Source: the human T2T-CHM13v2.0 reference genome, Homo sapiens. From it: a stretch of DNA of 64,000 nt. The notes under the pieces are model-generated. The model was not told the origin of the DNA. It worked only from the letters and a program-made list of their open reading frames with translations, and ran no database searches. The DNA lies in the NCBI RefSeq assembly GCF_009914755.1, contig NC_060937.1; one strand, written 5' to 3'. Of this stretch, positions 29,009 through 45,545 are shown in pieces; the stretch's first letter is position 1; each line of letters begins with the position of its first letter. The position numbers were made by a program, and so were the translations under genes.

Positions 29009-29655
29009 ACTGATCTTTTTATAATACCTCCGTAGTTTTGACTCTCCTAGAATGTTATACAGTTGGAATCATAGAGTATGAAGACATTTCAGATGGGCTT
29101 CTTTCACTCAGTGATATGCATGTAAGTTTCCTCTATGTCTTGTCATGGCTTAATATTTCATTTCTTTTTAGTGGTAATAACATTCCATTGTCTCAAGGCA
29201 CCACAGTTTCTTCATCCATTTACCTACTGAAGAACATCTTGGTTGTTTCTAAACTTTTAGCAATTATGACTATAAATGTAAAAGGAGTAGTGGTTGCCAG
29301 GATTAGGGAGAGGGAGAGATCAACAGGAAGAGCACAGGGGATTTTAAGGCAGTAAAAAAAAACCTCTGTATGATAGTGTATTAGTGGTTATGTATCATTG
29401 TGAATTTGTCTAAAAGCTATGAAAAGCCAACACCAAGAGTGAATCCTAATGTACACTATTTATTTTGGGTGATAATACATCAATGTAGATTACTTAATTG
29501 TAACATATGTACCACTCTGATAGGGGATGTTGATAATGAAGGAGGTTATGCATGTGTGGAGGCAGAGGGTACGTGTGACACTTTTTTGCCTTCCTCTTAA
29601 TTTTGCTGTGGGCATAAAACTGCTCTAAAACAAAGCAACCTTTAAAAAAAAAAAA
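29009..29655 (+). mobile_element. L1MC1-like 3' end with 5' inversion (29009-29275 on -, 29276-29655 on +)
   Basis: Both pieces resemble adjacent parts of the recalled L1MC 3' UTR; A tail at about 29644. Confidence 0.8.
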
Positions 29656-29657
29656 AC

Positions 29658-30369
<712 letters not shown>

Positions 30370-30639
30370 TCAGAATATGAAAAGAACTAAAACTCATCAA
30401 GAAGACAAACCCAATGAAAAAATGGGCAAATAACTTAGACATTTTTCCTAAGGAGATATGCAAATAGCCAACAAGGACATAAAAGATGCTCAACATCGTT
30501 AGTTATCAGGGAAATGCAAATTGTCAAAAGTGGCACCTGAGAAAGAAGCTTCCTCGCTCACTCTCCTGAAAGAGGTTTCAGAAGCCCACTTCCTTTTCAC
30601 TGTACAAACAAAAAATCCAGACAACTTCCTTCTCACAAC

Positions 30640-30860
30640 TACGCACTTGAGGGGAACCAGGTGGAATTTAATGTGGATCAGAGAGACAGAAAGAAACTGG
30701 ATCCATCCTTGATGGCACTGTTGAGAAGTTAAACCAAACTAATCCTGGAGACCTACCTACATCTGAACTTTCTATCATTAGACAACCAAAGTCCCTTTTA
30801 TTACTTAAGCCTGCCTGAGTTCATTTTCTTTACTCAAAATCAAAAATCTTAACTGACTAA
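30640..30860 (+). mobile_element. Old MLT1 (J/K/L-like) LTR 3' fragment
   Basis: gagagacagaaagaaactgg..ccttgatggcactgttgag..cctggag..acatctgaactt..cttaagcc..ttaactgac. Confidence 0.6.
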
Positions 30861-31875
30861 ATCACATAGTTAAGAAATGCTACAGCGGGCGGATAACTGG
30901 AGCAGAAATATAATCTTGGAGGCAACAGTGTTGAAATGGCTATTTTTGAAGAAAGGCAAATTATGTTTTCCTCTACTGTACTGAATCATGTTTCAAAGCT
31001 TCACCCAGAACTTTATGTTAGACAGATCTTTTTCCAGCTCAAATGTGTTACCTGATCTCCGTTCCATATTTCCAACATTGTGAGCACATCCACTCAAAAT
31101 AATATAGCATAAAGAATAAGAAAATTAAAATACAGAGCTCATAGAATTGGGCAAAGCTGGAATTCCTTTTAATGAAAAAGAACATTGTAAACTATAAATA
31201 ACCATAAGATGGTCATTATCATTTGCCTGTGAATAACTTGAAGGAATCAGACTAAAAGAATTTTTAAGGAACATTCCAGCTCTAAATGTCTGATTCTGAA
31301 GCTTTCCAAAATATATAATCACATTTAAAAAGAAAATAGTTAAGAATTGACTCCAAAAAGAAAAAAATATATATATAAATATATATAGTGAGAGAGCCTG
31401 TATTCAACACATTAAACCTCAGATCATTTCTCTAGGTAAGTAAAATAAACAAAAATATAAACTAATGTAAATGAGCATTACTTTGGTTTAAATAGCAATC
31501 AACCACTCTGACTTCAACATGTTACTCACCACAAACATTTGAAAGTCATTCCTTCTTAGGAAAGGGCTATTTTTCCCAACTATTTCAGAGTTCATTAGGA
31601 GTATCAGTAAAATGCAAAAAAAAAATACAATAGCTAGTTCATATTTACACAACACAAACATGTATTCAACACTTTAAATTAGTATATTTGATACATGCTA
31701 AGTATATAATTTTAAAGCCATTTCAGATGGGCAAAAGTAGCTAGGACTACAGGTGCCCACCTCTACCTTATATATAGACTAAGCTCATAAATATCTGTCA
31801 TATACATGCACAAATATATACAGACACAGTAGAAAAGGTTTAAAATCTCATTTATCTACTTGAATTAGCTATACT

Positions 31876-31894
31876 TTCGTCCCTTGGTGGCCGA
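31876..31894 (-). promoter_or_regulatory. Candidate CTCF motif
   Basis: Minus strand reads CGGCCACCAAGGGACGAAA versus consensus TGGCCACCAGGGGGCGCTA; retained CpGs in very AT-rich unique DNA. Confidence 0.4.
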
Positions 31895-32127
31895 GAAAGC
31901 AAAGAACGATGGTTTTTATTAATAATAACTATAACATTTACATTCTGCAGGAATTTAGAAAATAGTTCTTGGCTTTAAAAAGTATATGAATATGCATTTG
32001 TGGAGGGGAAGAAATGATCCATGGTATAATGGACTTCCATAGCACTGTGCATTTTCCTTTACATATCATCATTTTCTTGATATGTAACCTGCCATGGATT
32101 ACTACTTGGCTTATCAACTCTCACTAG

Positions 32128-32616
<489 letters not shown>

Positions 32617-33025
32617 TAAGTAATATATTTTACAGTTATCCTACACATTGTATGTAGTATTATTTCCTTTCACTTGTTTTATAGTTAATGTGTTTCAATT
32701 TTCATGGGAAAACTCAGTTCTAATAAAGATTTCTGAGTTTTGATACAATAAAGTCTGCATTTTATGGACTCTGATCATATATCCTCCAGACTGAAAAGTT
32801 CACATTTTTCAAGTCTCCAGACAAAACAAAGATCAGTCATCTTTTTTTCAGATCATGTCTTTTTCAAGATATGATTAAAACCCCCACATGGGATTTTGGA
32901 TATAAAATTTCAAAAGTTTATAGCAATATAATTATATTCAGTGAAACCTCATCTTTTTTAGAATCCTCGAGGAATAAAACCTCTGAGACAGTACAGTTTT
33001 TGTTACAGTGAATACTTGTAGTGCC

Positions 33026-33721
<696 letters not shown>

Positions 33722-35646
33722 TAAAACAATTTAAACCCTTCTTAGTGATTTGGGTTACTATTTTGAATACTGAGGAGCTACCTCTCCCTAGCCCCAAATT
33801 TGTTGAGCCCAGAATTGTTGGGGTGTGTAGGGTTGTCTTCACTGAGGTATTTCAATAACATCAAGGACCCAACAGTTCCACATAGAAACACACATCCTAT
33901 ATCTCTCACCCCTTTGTAGAATCGTCTGACAGAAGTAGTGGTCTCTCCACCTAGATCCCCACCATTTTCCATCATTTCATAAGTTAGCTGGTTTGGTCTG
34001 AAAAGCCTCAACTTAAGTACACCTAGAACAGTTGTTCTCCATCACATTATTTGCTGGTGAGTGCACATAGGCTCTTTCTGAAGATTCTCCTCTTTCCCTT
34101 TTAGTTAGAAAGCTCAGAAAACTTCCATTTGAATTGCTGATACTGAAAAGTACCAAGTTCAAGCAATTCCAAAAGCTTTCCACAAAATGGACTACAAGAG
34201 TTCATCATTCTAACTAAACTCTAAGCTTCATCGTAAATTATCTTTACCTTCTTTTGTACCCACTGCCCCTTTCACTGATATTCAGCATGGTGCCCAGAAA
34301 ATCTAAAAGTGAACTAGACCACATATAACTACAGGAAGAAATCCCCTCTCTCTCCAGCACAGAAAACAAAGACAGGGACCAAAGATTACAATCACAATGA
34401 ACTTCAATTCAAACCTCACAGAATCATCTACTATGCAAGATGTACACTAAATAAAATGTGGTCGAGATTCAATTACGTAAGTTGATCTCTTCAGAGAAAC
34501 TATTTTAATGGCAGAAACAATAACCTAGGGTTTCTTTTAAGCTTTTGAAAATCAATATTCATAAATCATGTTTCTGTTTCCTAGGAAACTAGGTAATACC
34601 TATGACGAGAAAACTCTACCAGTGTCATTTTCCTTTTATCCTTGGTTCACAACGTGGTTACTGCTTACTAGAAGAAAAAAATTACCTTCTAGTATCATTG
34701 AATATCACAATGAAATGAGAAGGGAGATACATAGAATGCCAATTTCTCAGACTGCATCTCCTTCTCAGGTGTGACAGAGAATTAACAGAATAAATGCCTG
34801 CACAGAGAGCTCCAAAAAGGTGGAAAACAGTTTATAATCTAGTTTATTATGTGCTCAACACAGAGCATGACATTTTGAAACAAAGGAGTTAAAAGCCTGG
34901 ATTTGTTAGAAACATCAGGTCAGACACTTCCAAGTTCAAATTCCAAATTTTTTTCCCCTTGGGTAAATTAAAATTACTTCACCTCTCTGAACTACAGTTT
35001 CCAAGTCTTAATAAGGAGAAAAGACCTAGCTCACGTTGCAGTATATGAATACAATTTAAAAAGAAATACAAAATACCAAGTTCAGGATTAATTTTGTCTC
35101 TAAAGAATCTCCAAGAACTACGTTTAAAGATAACAAAACAGGTAGTTTCTCAAGGACTTTATGACCAGTGTATAAGGTTTCTTTTTTGAGTTCCCATCTT
35201 AGAGGGGTTACAAAGGGACATGGCATCCTTAGAAAGTTTAATGAGTGTCATTTCTACAAACATCTGTGCATGACCTTTCAACTCTGAAAATGTGATCATT
35301 TTATACTGTACATCTGTGCTGGGACCACATTACCTAAGCTTGCTCTGACTTTCATATCAACAATCAAATACAGAAAGAAAACTGATGCACAAATCACAAC
35401 ATGGTTGAATTACACACTTGACTACAGAGTTTATTAAAACAGTCTTGAATTTCTAAAATCCATTATTAAATCACAGTAAATTGTAGGGTATACAACCCTG
35501 GCCCAAAGATCCAAAGACTTCATATGCTGCTGAGATTCACTGTTTTACCAAATTCAGACACTGGAGACCATCATCTCAATATTTTAAACACACGTTTAGG
35601 TATCCTCCCAAACATTTAACTGCACAGAATACTTGAAAATACAATT

Positions 35647-35669
35647 TTATATACATATATATATATGTA

Positions 35670-35700
<31 letters not shown>
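35647..35700. repeat. (TA)n-(TG)n compound microsatellite
   Basis: Direct inspection. Confidence 0.93.
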
Positions 35701-36993
35701 TCATGTGCTTTTATTAGTTAAATGTCTGCAACGGCATAGCAACTTTTTCCTAAAGCAGCAACACATAATTTCCCCACACTTCAGACCCCAACTCCACAAA
35801 CTGCTCCTCCAAATATATATATTTTTAAATATTCCTTTTGACTTATAGGTACATCTGCTGACCCACCATGCAGATATTCAGAATTCAATTTTCTACTCTG
35901 TGAAAGAATATTTATGTATCAAACAAGAGAGACTAAAAAATGGCAACAACCAACTGGCTAATCTTATTTTTACAGGCTACTACTAGCCTCGACTATCAAA
36001 TAGATATTTAGAAACTGCAGCTTTAATTTCCATATGCTGACCCTTCTGTATCATTAACCTTCTCACAAAATCCCAGAAATCCTGACCCCAGGAATGTAAC
36101 CATTTCGGCCATAATAATAAAGTCAATTCAGATTTTCTGTTTATCATACACAGCTGATGCTGAACTCACTGCTTAGAATCTTGAATTACACATTGAGGTG
36201 AGAACATTGCATGCACTTTTATTAAGTGCTAAAAATGGTCCAGGTAATTATTAACTATCAATACTGCTTACCTCCTGACAAAAGCCTGGTACTGCAAAAT
36301 GTTAGGCTAGGCTAATCAAATACAATAATGAAGATAATTTTAACCACCACCACCACATTCAGAAGCACTAAGACTTTTGGTACAGATTTTGACTTAGAGC
36401 CTTGTGGAGAGCTAAATTCTCATTCAGGTTCCTACCTCTACAGAATTCAAGCTCTATGATCTAATGAAGGTCACTTTACCTTTATCTGTAGAAGATGATT
36501 TCTAAAGTTCTTTCAATTCTCTATGACTCTGTAGGCCTAATACCCTAGAGCCCTAGAGATATGTATATTGAATATTGAATGGCTATATCAAACCTCATAG
36601 ATGGGTTTTCCAACAAAGCAGGAATGCATACTTCCCAAATATTTAGCCAATACGACAAGAAAGAACCATTATACAAATCAGACTTTGGTAAGCTTTGTTT
36701 TCAACTTTTTGTACAAAGAGTTCATAATAGGCTTAACATTTTTTAGAAAATATTTTGCTAACTAGTTTATGTAGCATTTAACCATTATTAAGCAATTACA
36801 TTCAAAATATAAACAGGTTTATATTTTGGCAAACAAATTCACATGGAACACAGTATTTTCAAATGCTTCCCACGCTAGTATGTTACATGTCATGGGTCTT
36901 ATTTTATAACACAAACTCCGCTTACTTTTGTAAGGTTAGAAGGAGCTATTTTATGACTCATTTTTGCTACTGGACATATATACATCATTATCA

Positions 36994-37318
<325 letters not shown>

Positions 37319-38293
37319 AGAAAAATCACTTTGCACTTTGCCCTACATCAACCTTCACAAGCATATGAACCCTTTACAATATAAATCTCATTTTGCTCAG
37401 AAACATGAGCTATCACCCTCCAACCACGAGAAGAACACTATGTAAAATCATCAAATCAAAGTGCTTCTCTTAGATTCTGCAACTCTCAGGGCCATTCCTT
37501 TAGCTAGGCTTGTCCCTAGACACATACATATAATCAAACTGAAATACCAATTAATTCATGCAGTAAATCCTAAGAGCAAAGATGCTCCTAGGCATGGGAA
37601 GAAAACCTACATGCAGGGTACCAAGGAAGCACTTCCACAGCACCCTGCTATTTCCATTTCATAAAATTCCTCACACATAATTCAGCTATTTCACCCACTA
37701 GTCATGGCTCTGTAGAGGTGAAGACCATGTCTATCTCCACTTCTGTAGTATACCTAGCATGATGCTTCAACACAGGATAAACATTCTTTTTATTTAAAAA
37801 AAAGTGTTGATTTAAACTGAAAATAGAAATACATACTAAACAGTACTGAAGTATAAAATGGTATAAGTTTTTCAAATTGAACCATAAAACATTCCTGTAT
37901 TTTGTGCCCAGCAGCACCCAGAGCCATGGAGTGCTGATGGGAAAGAAGGGCACACACACAGGGAAGCAGGTCCACTGACACCAAGTACACAGAGTGTGGA
38001 GGGGAGAGAGAGCACGCAGCATGGAGGCACGCTGGCAGCTGGCAGCTGGAGACCACGGACAGAGGGGTTGTGGGGGTGAAGGAAGAGGAGATGGTAACAG
38101 GCAGATGAGATAGGGAAAATAAGTAAAATGATTAAGCAAATAAATATGTTGAGGATAACAAGAGCCAGGCTTCTTACTACAGTAGCAGGTATTTACCAAC
38201 AGAATAGGTGGAGGCTACAGAGAACCCTGAACTGCTACACTGGAATTGGAAAAATAAGTATGAACTTCCAGTTTTAAAAAATATAATCACAGA

Positions 38294-38577
38294 AGCTGGG
38301 TGCGGTGTTTCATGCCTGTAATCCTAGCACACTGGGAGGCCAAGGTGGGTGGATCACTTGAGGTCAAGCATTCAAGGCAAGCCTGGCCAACATGGCAAAA
38401 CCCCATTTCCACTAAAAATACAAAAATCAGCTAGGTGTGGTGGCAGGCGCCTGTAATCCCAGCTACTTGGGAGGCTGAGACAAGAGAATCAGTTGAACCC
38501 AGGAGACAGAGTTGCAGTGAGCCAAGATCATGCCACTGCACTCCAGCCAGGGTGACAGAGCAAGAGTCCATCTCAAA
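38294..38577 (+). mobile_element. AluS SINE with (TA)n tail
   Basis: Full Alu body followed by TA repeats. Confidence 0.95.
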
Positions 38578-38759
38578 TATATATATATATATATGTATAA
38601 ACATAGATATAAACACCTCAAATATATGTATATAAACATAGACATAAACACTGCTATAAGTGTATGTATTTATGGAGTGTGTACATAAAAATGCATGTGT
38701 ACATGCCATTGAATCATTAAATGATACTCCAAAGTATAGCACTTGCACATGCTAAGCAC

Positions 38760-39395
38760 TGTGAATTAAGGGAAATTGGGAGACCTTAGAAACTGCCTCA
38801 GAATCAAAGTCCGACCTTCCCTTGTTTTTCAACCTAGCCCATGGAGGGGATCTCTCTGAAGTTTCCTCATCTGAGAAAAGTTCTTTCAAAAGAAAAAAAA
38901 TTGCCTTCAGCTCCCTGTCAGAAATCTCATCAACCAGGGAAAATTAATCACCAAAGAAGAATCTGAAGGCCATCACCACACCCACCCAGAGAGAATTTTC
39001 ATCTATTCTGAGTGCTATTACTGACAGGCTTCATCTGCATATAAGACAACTTTTGTTCCCAGAATATGTCTTCCCCTTACCTTCCTATAGTCTGTTGCCA
39101 CCTCCCTGCAAGCCACGAGGAGCTCTGTACCAGACTACTGTCCATTTTCTGGACCTATTCACCTCCCCTAAAGATGATTTACTCTTCCTCCAAAATTGCC
39201 TACATCCCTCACTTTCTCCTCTCCCCTGTGAAGAGGGTATTCAAGCACTTCTTTGAGTTTCCTACTTTGTGTAATTCCCATGCGCTTGCACATGAATAAC
39301 TTGTATGCCTTTTCTCCTGTTAATCTGTCTTCTGTCATCTTATTCCAGCAGACTCAAGATCAACTCTTCAGAGGGAAAGTTTAAACTTCCCCACA
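38760..39395 (+). mobile_element. ERV1 solo LTR (MER39/MER34 family)
   Basis: TG...CA ends; catctgcatataagacaactttt, gaagagggtattcaagc, ttgtatgccttttctcctgttaatctg, cttcagagggaaagtt resemble MER39/34 LTRs. Confidence 0.78.
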
Positions 39396-39897
39396 CAGAC
39401 ATACACATATTTCCCAGCTGTCCACCAAGAGGACTCAGGATCAATGAGCACTCAGAAAGCTAAGATTATAGTTTCTAAATACCACTCTCCACTGAAGGAA
39501 CCAGGGTTAACTGGAGAAATGGCTTATCAGGAGGACAGGGCAGAGAAAATACAAGATGAGCCTGGAACTGCTTATTGTGCCATAAAATAAGGAAGTGCTG
39601 AAAGACTAATCAGGATGTGTCTAAGAGACACAAGAGCCACCGTGGCTTGCATTCACCAAATATAGGACAATATGAGCATCAAAATAGAGACAGTAATGGG
39701 TTATAACCCACCAAGTAAACTAGGAATCTGTGACATAATATATGAAAAACATCAGTAAATGGGGAAAAAGGGAGAACTCTTCCATAAAGCAGATTACCAG
39801 TAGAAAGAATAGCAGAAAATGAAAATCACCATTTGGCAACGATCACTGTGGTGGCTGGTTTAGGCAGGGTAACTCAATAAAGAATATGCCTGATGGA

Positions 39898-40254
<357 letters not shown>

Positions 40255-40375
40255 TTAACACTAAGTGCTTAACTCCTGATAGCACTAAACAATTACAAAG
40301 GGGAAAATGGTGCCTTTGTGGAAGGGAAAGCTATCAGACACTAACAGAAACAGATGATCAAAAATTAACATCATT

Positions 40376-40669
40376 GGCTGGGCGCAGTGGCTCATACCTG
40401 TAATCCCAGCACTTTGGGAGGCTGAGGCGAGCGGATCACCTGAGGGTAGGAGTTTGTGACCAGCCTGGCCAACCTGGAGAAACCCTGTCTCTACTAAAAA
40501 TACAAAATTAGCCAGGCATTTTGGCAGGTGCCTGTAATCCCAGCTACTCAGGAGGCTGAGGCAGGAGAATCGCTTGCACCTGGGAGGTGGGGGGTTGCAG
40601 TGAGCTGAGATCGCACCACTGCACTCCAGCCTGGGCAACATAGTGAAACTCTGTCTCAAAAAAAAAAAA
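40376..40669 (+). mobile_element. AluSq/Sx-type SINE
   Basis: Full-length Alu with A tail. Confidence 0.96.
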
Positions 40670-42510
40670 CTCCAACATCATCACTGGCTGAGGGTCATCC
40701 TACAGCAGGATCTCAGACCTGCACACTTAAAAACTGTGGAGGACATGACAGGGAATGACTGAGGAAATGTTCCAGATTGGTGAGTATGAAAAGACGTCAC
40801 CACTGACTGTGATATAATTATTGCATGAGTTCACCACCATAAGAGCAAAGAGACAGCTTTAGGACAGTTGTTGAAATCTAAGTAGGTTTTATGGATTGGA
40901 TGGTTGTGTCATATCAACATGGACTTCCTCCCTTGGAACTCTATTCACCTGTTTTTTTGAGGGGGGCAGTAACACACTCTAAAGTATTTATGGATGACAG
41001 GCATCATGGCTAAAGCCTGTTCTCAAATGTTTCATTAAAAGACCAATGATAATGGGAGAGAGGGGTATGTGATGGAGCAAACATGATGAAATGCGAAACG
41101 TGTGCTGCTCACACAACTTGCTATACATTTAAAATTATTTATAAGTAATTTTAAACATTATTATTTCTAAAATTTGTATCCCGAAACTAACTGTAGGACA
41201 CTTTACAATTTCATCCCAGCTGTTGAAAAATTTCCATAATTAAAACATTTCTTAAAATAGGAGTATCCTTGTAGCTGATCATTTGAAGCTGTCTCATGGT
41301 GGCAAATTAAAACAATGATTTGATCTTCAAAAATGTGTGTGTTCAAAGATGTTAGTCCAGCTGCCAAGAAATATCATCAGCAGTGCAGCACGGAAAATGC
41401 CCTCAAAGGTACTCTAAATCTAACACAGCAGAGCGGGTCACAGGAGCAGGGATATGTTGCCCACTGGCAGTCACTAATATTCTCCTAAAAGTAGCCTAAG
41501 CACACCCCCCAGCGAATTCTGAAGCGCAAACTCCATATCTTCGGTTGGAGCTGTTTGGCTATACAACAATGTGCTATTTGTATTTAACTATACTGATCTT
41601 TTTGAGGGAAAAACATAAACAACCAAAATTAAGGAAATGTTTCATTTTCTTTGAGATGATCCCAAACTAAAAAGACAACTTCCAGGTCACTATGAATATG
41701 TACTGATGAGACGTAATTCAACTATGCCTAATTTCAAATGGCTTGATCTATTACAATACTATCAAATGAAGTACAAAGATTATACATAAAAACTTGTCAT
41801 GACAACATGGGACCTACTTTATTATAGCATCAGTTTACAAAGTAATTGAGAAACAAATGATAAGTTTTGTTAGAAGTCTATGGGGTTAAGTAAAGCCTGA
41901 TATTGTAATAGATCCTGAAAAGCAAATGTAATACTAGAAAGATAAGAATAATTTTTCCCATGGAAATAATTACCCTTAATTTTTCCACTGGGAATAATGG
42001 GTTATAAAATTTTATCCTGTATTAAAATACACACACAAACACACATCCCATGCAACAATAGAGAAGCATGTACAGATTAGGAAGTATCCCAGATAAGGTG
42101 TTTTGGGGACTTGTGAGTCATCACATTTGAACATGTTTTTAGTATATTGTTTCAATGATTTGTGTATTTTATTTCTAGACAGTTTTGAGTAGTGCACCGT
42201 TATTCCTCTGTGGAAACAGAGATATTTAGTGAATGATTAAACTCATGCACTGTGTTATCTGACATTTATTCAACCGTAACTGTACAGCTCGACATTTCTG
42301 CACATTCACATAAACTGAGATTCATAAAGATGCATAAGGCAGTAAAACTTAACTTGCATGTTCTATGAATCATTAAAGACTGTCCTTCAAAACACAGAGT
42401 TTCAGTCAAAAACCAAAGTTTTGAATAACCTGGACCCACTTTCTTGATCAATTCAGATGTGACTGTTCACTGTATTTTTCTCCTGCTCCCTCACATTTCT
42501 CTCAGCTTTC

Positions 42511-42552
42511 TTATTTTCTGTTAATGGTACTCCCATTGCCCAATGTAACAGA
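42511..42552 (-). CDS. Candidate coding part of a terminal exon (phase 0: SVTLGNGSTINRK*)
   Basis: Acceptor ttatattttcag at 42553; all three frames stop within 100 nt; followed by about 1.3 kb of repeat-free UTR-like sequence with AATAAA at 42265-42270 and 41818-41823. Frame and identity unverified. Confidence 0.35.
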   Translation of the reverse strand, partial: SVTLGNGSTINRK

Positions 42553-44885
42553 CTGAAAATATAATATCGCTTGAGATAGTATACAATTTCCTGAGTCAAT
42601 AATGTTCTATCAAGAAAACTTTTTCCTAGTTTAGTATATGACTTCATAAATATACATATAGTGCTCCAAATTAAATCTGACAACTTCTAAATTCATTATA
42701 TTTATTTTAAGAAGCAACAGAACAGCAGGGGAAAAGAGAATCACAATAGCAAACCAATAAAGAGTGGTGACCAGGAGATAAAATATGGAGGGCATAGGCT
42801 CTCATACTTGAAACTTAAACTAGTAATCATTACCAAAATTGGGTTAGGTTCCCCCCTCCCCCGCGATGTATAAGTGGGCCTGTACACTTCTCCTCTACAG
42901 CTTTTTACCCACCTATATTAACTTCAAAAATTATTTGTTGGCATCTCTTTTTTTAAGATCATAAGCTGCAGAGTCCACAGGGAATTGGGTCACCATTACA
43001 TTCAGTACATCCCCAGGGCCAAGTACAGCAGAAGTCAATGACTGTTTCACAGCTGGTAAGAAAGATCTGTTCTTTTAGTAAATAAAACAGGGTTTATTGG
43101 ATGACTATTTATAAACCTCTTAAGTTGGAAACAATTATGCAGACATGACGGTCTATAAGAAAGATCTGGAGACACACTGTCAAAGGAAATATTGACTTAG
43201 CAATTTCAGAATTCTTAAAATAGCAGTATTTTCTAGCAATACAAATATATGAGTTTTATATCTTCAAAACAGACTGGGTTTTGTCCCTAAATATCCCTAA
43301 CTTGATTGTAGACTATTTCTTTAAATAAATTTTTAAAAAATATTAATCTGTATAGTGAAGGAAAATGGAAAATCAAAGAAAAATAACCATTATCATATTT
43401 TAAATAGTATAATTAAAAGCATCATACACAGAATAATTTGACATTATTGTAGGTTTTTCCAAAAAGCAAACAACAACAATAATAATAATAATCCTGAAAA
43501 GGTAAGCAAGGGCATAGACGGGTAGAGAAGAGGGGAAAAGATCTTTGTTAAAAGTGTAAATTCATAGGTAATGGGATGCACAGGCTGAATTCTTGGATTC
43601 ACTGAACAAGTAGGAGAAATGGCATTATTTGGCTTCCAACCTGGATGTGTTAACCTAAGCAGAACATCTGATGGAGGACCTTTCCCATGAAAGGATAAAG
43701 TGCTTGTTCAAATAATTCAACACTCAAGCACTGAAAATAAAAGAAAAAATTAATATGTACTATGCCTAATTCTCTCCAAAGGAGAAGAAGAAAATGGCTT
43801 TTGTAAAGTGAGTGGAAAAAGATGTCTTTCACACCATGATAGTATCAGGAGGAGACTTCAGCATGGCCACTGATATTCTTAGTGTCACCTCTTATTGTAA
43901 TGAAATTAAGGTAGCAATGACATGGCAATTTCTTGTCAGCTTTAAAAAGAAATGGTGTAATTGAACTTCACCAACTTAATTGAGCCCTTCCCCTATATAG
44001 CTTATACCACATTAAGTGGGAATTCAAGGCTATTTATAAAGCACTGTGACTGTCCTCAAGACACTCTCAGTCAATTATATTTCATAATCACATTTGATGC
44101 CTACTGTCTATTAAAGGCTCCATGTATATTTTACCTGTAAACAGGAAATGCTTGGAGAGCCTTAAACAGGTACCCATCCAAATTGGTATTTGAGATCATT
44201 TTGATAACACAGGTAATTCAACAGCTGTCTGTACCAATTTTTTAACTGGATATCTTAGACACTAAAAGTGGTGTCAAATATTTAAAATTTAATTATCTAA
44301 AAACATCATTTATTACTTTAAATACTGGTGAAATTGTGATTAATATACTTCACTACAAGAGGAAATTAATAGTTTCTACCATAATAAAATTCAGACCAAT
44401 CTGGGGAACTTTGTAACTGAATTCCCACTTCTTTTACTCAACACTATACTTCAAGGTATAAATTTTCTTGGAATGTTTTCAAAATATTCATCTTATTGCT
44501 AAGCAATAATGCTATTTTCTGGAGATAAAAATCAGTGCATACTTAAAACAACTGTGTTCACAGGAATTCTGCATTTTCACTGGATTATCAAGACCATGAA
44601 TTAATAATATTCAACAAAACGTAACTGCCTAGAAAACAGATGACTGCACTGGGCTAAACAGATGATCATTAGACACCTGCTCCAACACAACTATTGTTAG
44701 GTATTTTACTCTATTTGCAAAGACAGTAAGGTGTGTAGTAACTCAAATCTATCTGCCCACAGCCAAGCCAAACAATTCATTAAAGACTTTCTTATGCTTC
44801 CTCTATATTATGATGGTAAAATCTTGGTAAGAAAGTCAGGTCCAATTCAAAAGAGCTCAAAGGAAAAAAAAAAAATTAAAGATGC

Positions 44886-45240
44886 TGTCTTACATTTTTT
44901 GGGCTGCTATGACAAAACACCTTAGACTGGTTAATCTATAAACAACAGAAGTTTATTTATCACAGTTCTGGAAGCTCAGAAGTCCAAGATCAAGGCACCA
45001 GCAGATCTGGGGTCTGAGGAAGGCCCATTCCCCACAGATGGCGCTTGTCTTCACATGGTGGAAGGGATGTGGGGGGCTAGGGCGCTCCCTTGAATTATTT
45101 TATAAGGGCACTAATCCCATTCACAAGGGTGGAGCACCATAACCCAATAAGCTCCCAAATGCCCCACTTTTTAATACTATTGCATTGGAGATTAAGTTTC
45201 AACATAATGAATTTTGGTGGGACATCAACAGACCATAGTA
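44886..45240 (-). mobile_element. MLT1A-type solo LTR (ERVL-MaLR)
   Basis: tgtctta..gggctgctatgacaaaacaccttagactgg ... cagaccatagta; perfect 5-bp TSD gatgc at 44881-44885 and 45241-45245. Confidence 0.92.
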
Positions 45241-45545
45241 GATGCCTTTAGGAGGCACACATGTATTCCCAGTTCGGTTTCTAACTATTCTAGGGTAGGG
45301 TCCCTATGCAATCAATTCTACTCCAAACTCTCCAACCAAAATTTGAAACAGCAATGTCACTAAGTTAAAATAAAGAAATAGGTTGAATTTCAAGGTAACA
45401 ATATCTCTACAGAAATAAAAGTAAAAAGGAAAGTTAACTCTTCACTTTCTTAGATCATTGTATGTTGGACTTACTTAAATGTGAGGTCTCTCTCACCGTG
45501 TGTGTATTTGTGCGCATGCGCACACATGTGAACCAATATAAAGAC

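Noticed and set aside
31052-31092. Minus-strand open segment ending in CAG|gtaaca
   Set aside because: Only a GAG acceptor is available, and the peptide is unrecognised.
33910-33997. 88-nt minus-strand exon-like segment (PNQLTYEMMENGGDLGGETTTSVRRFYKG)
   Set aside because: Very short pyrimidine tract; phase does not fit the other candidates; expected by chance in 64 kb.
37702-38199. 165-aa minus-strand ORF
   Set aside because: No recognisable domain, biased composition, non-ATG start, and overlaps L2/L1 relics.
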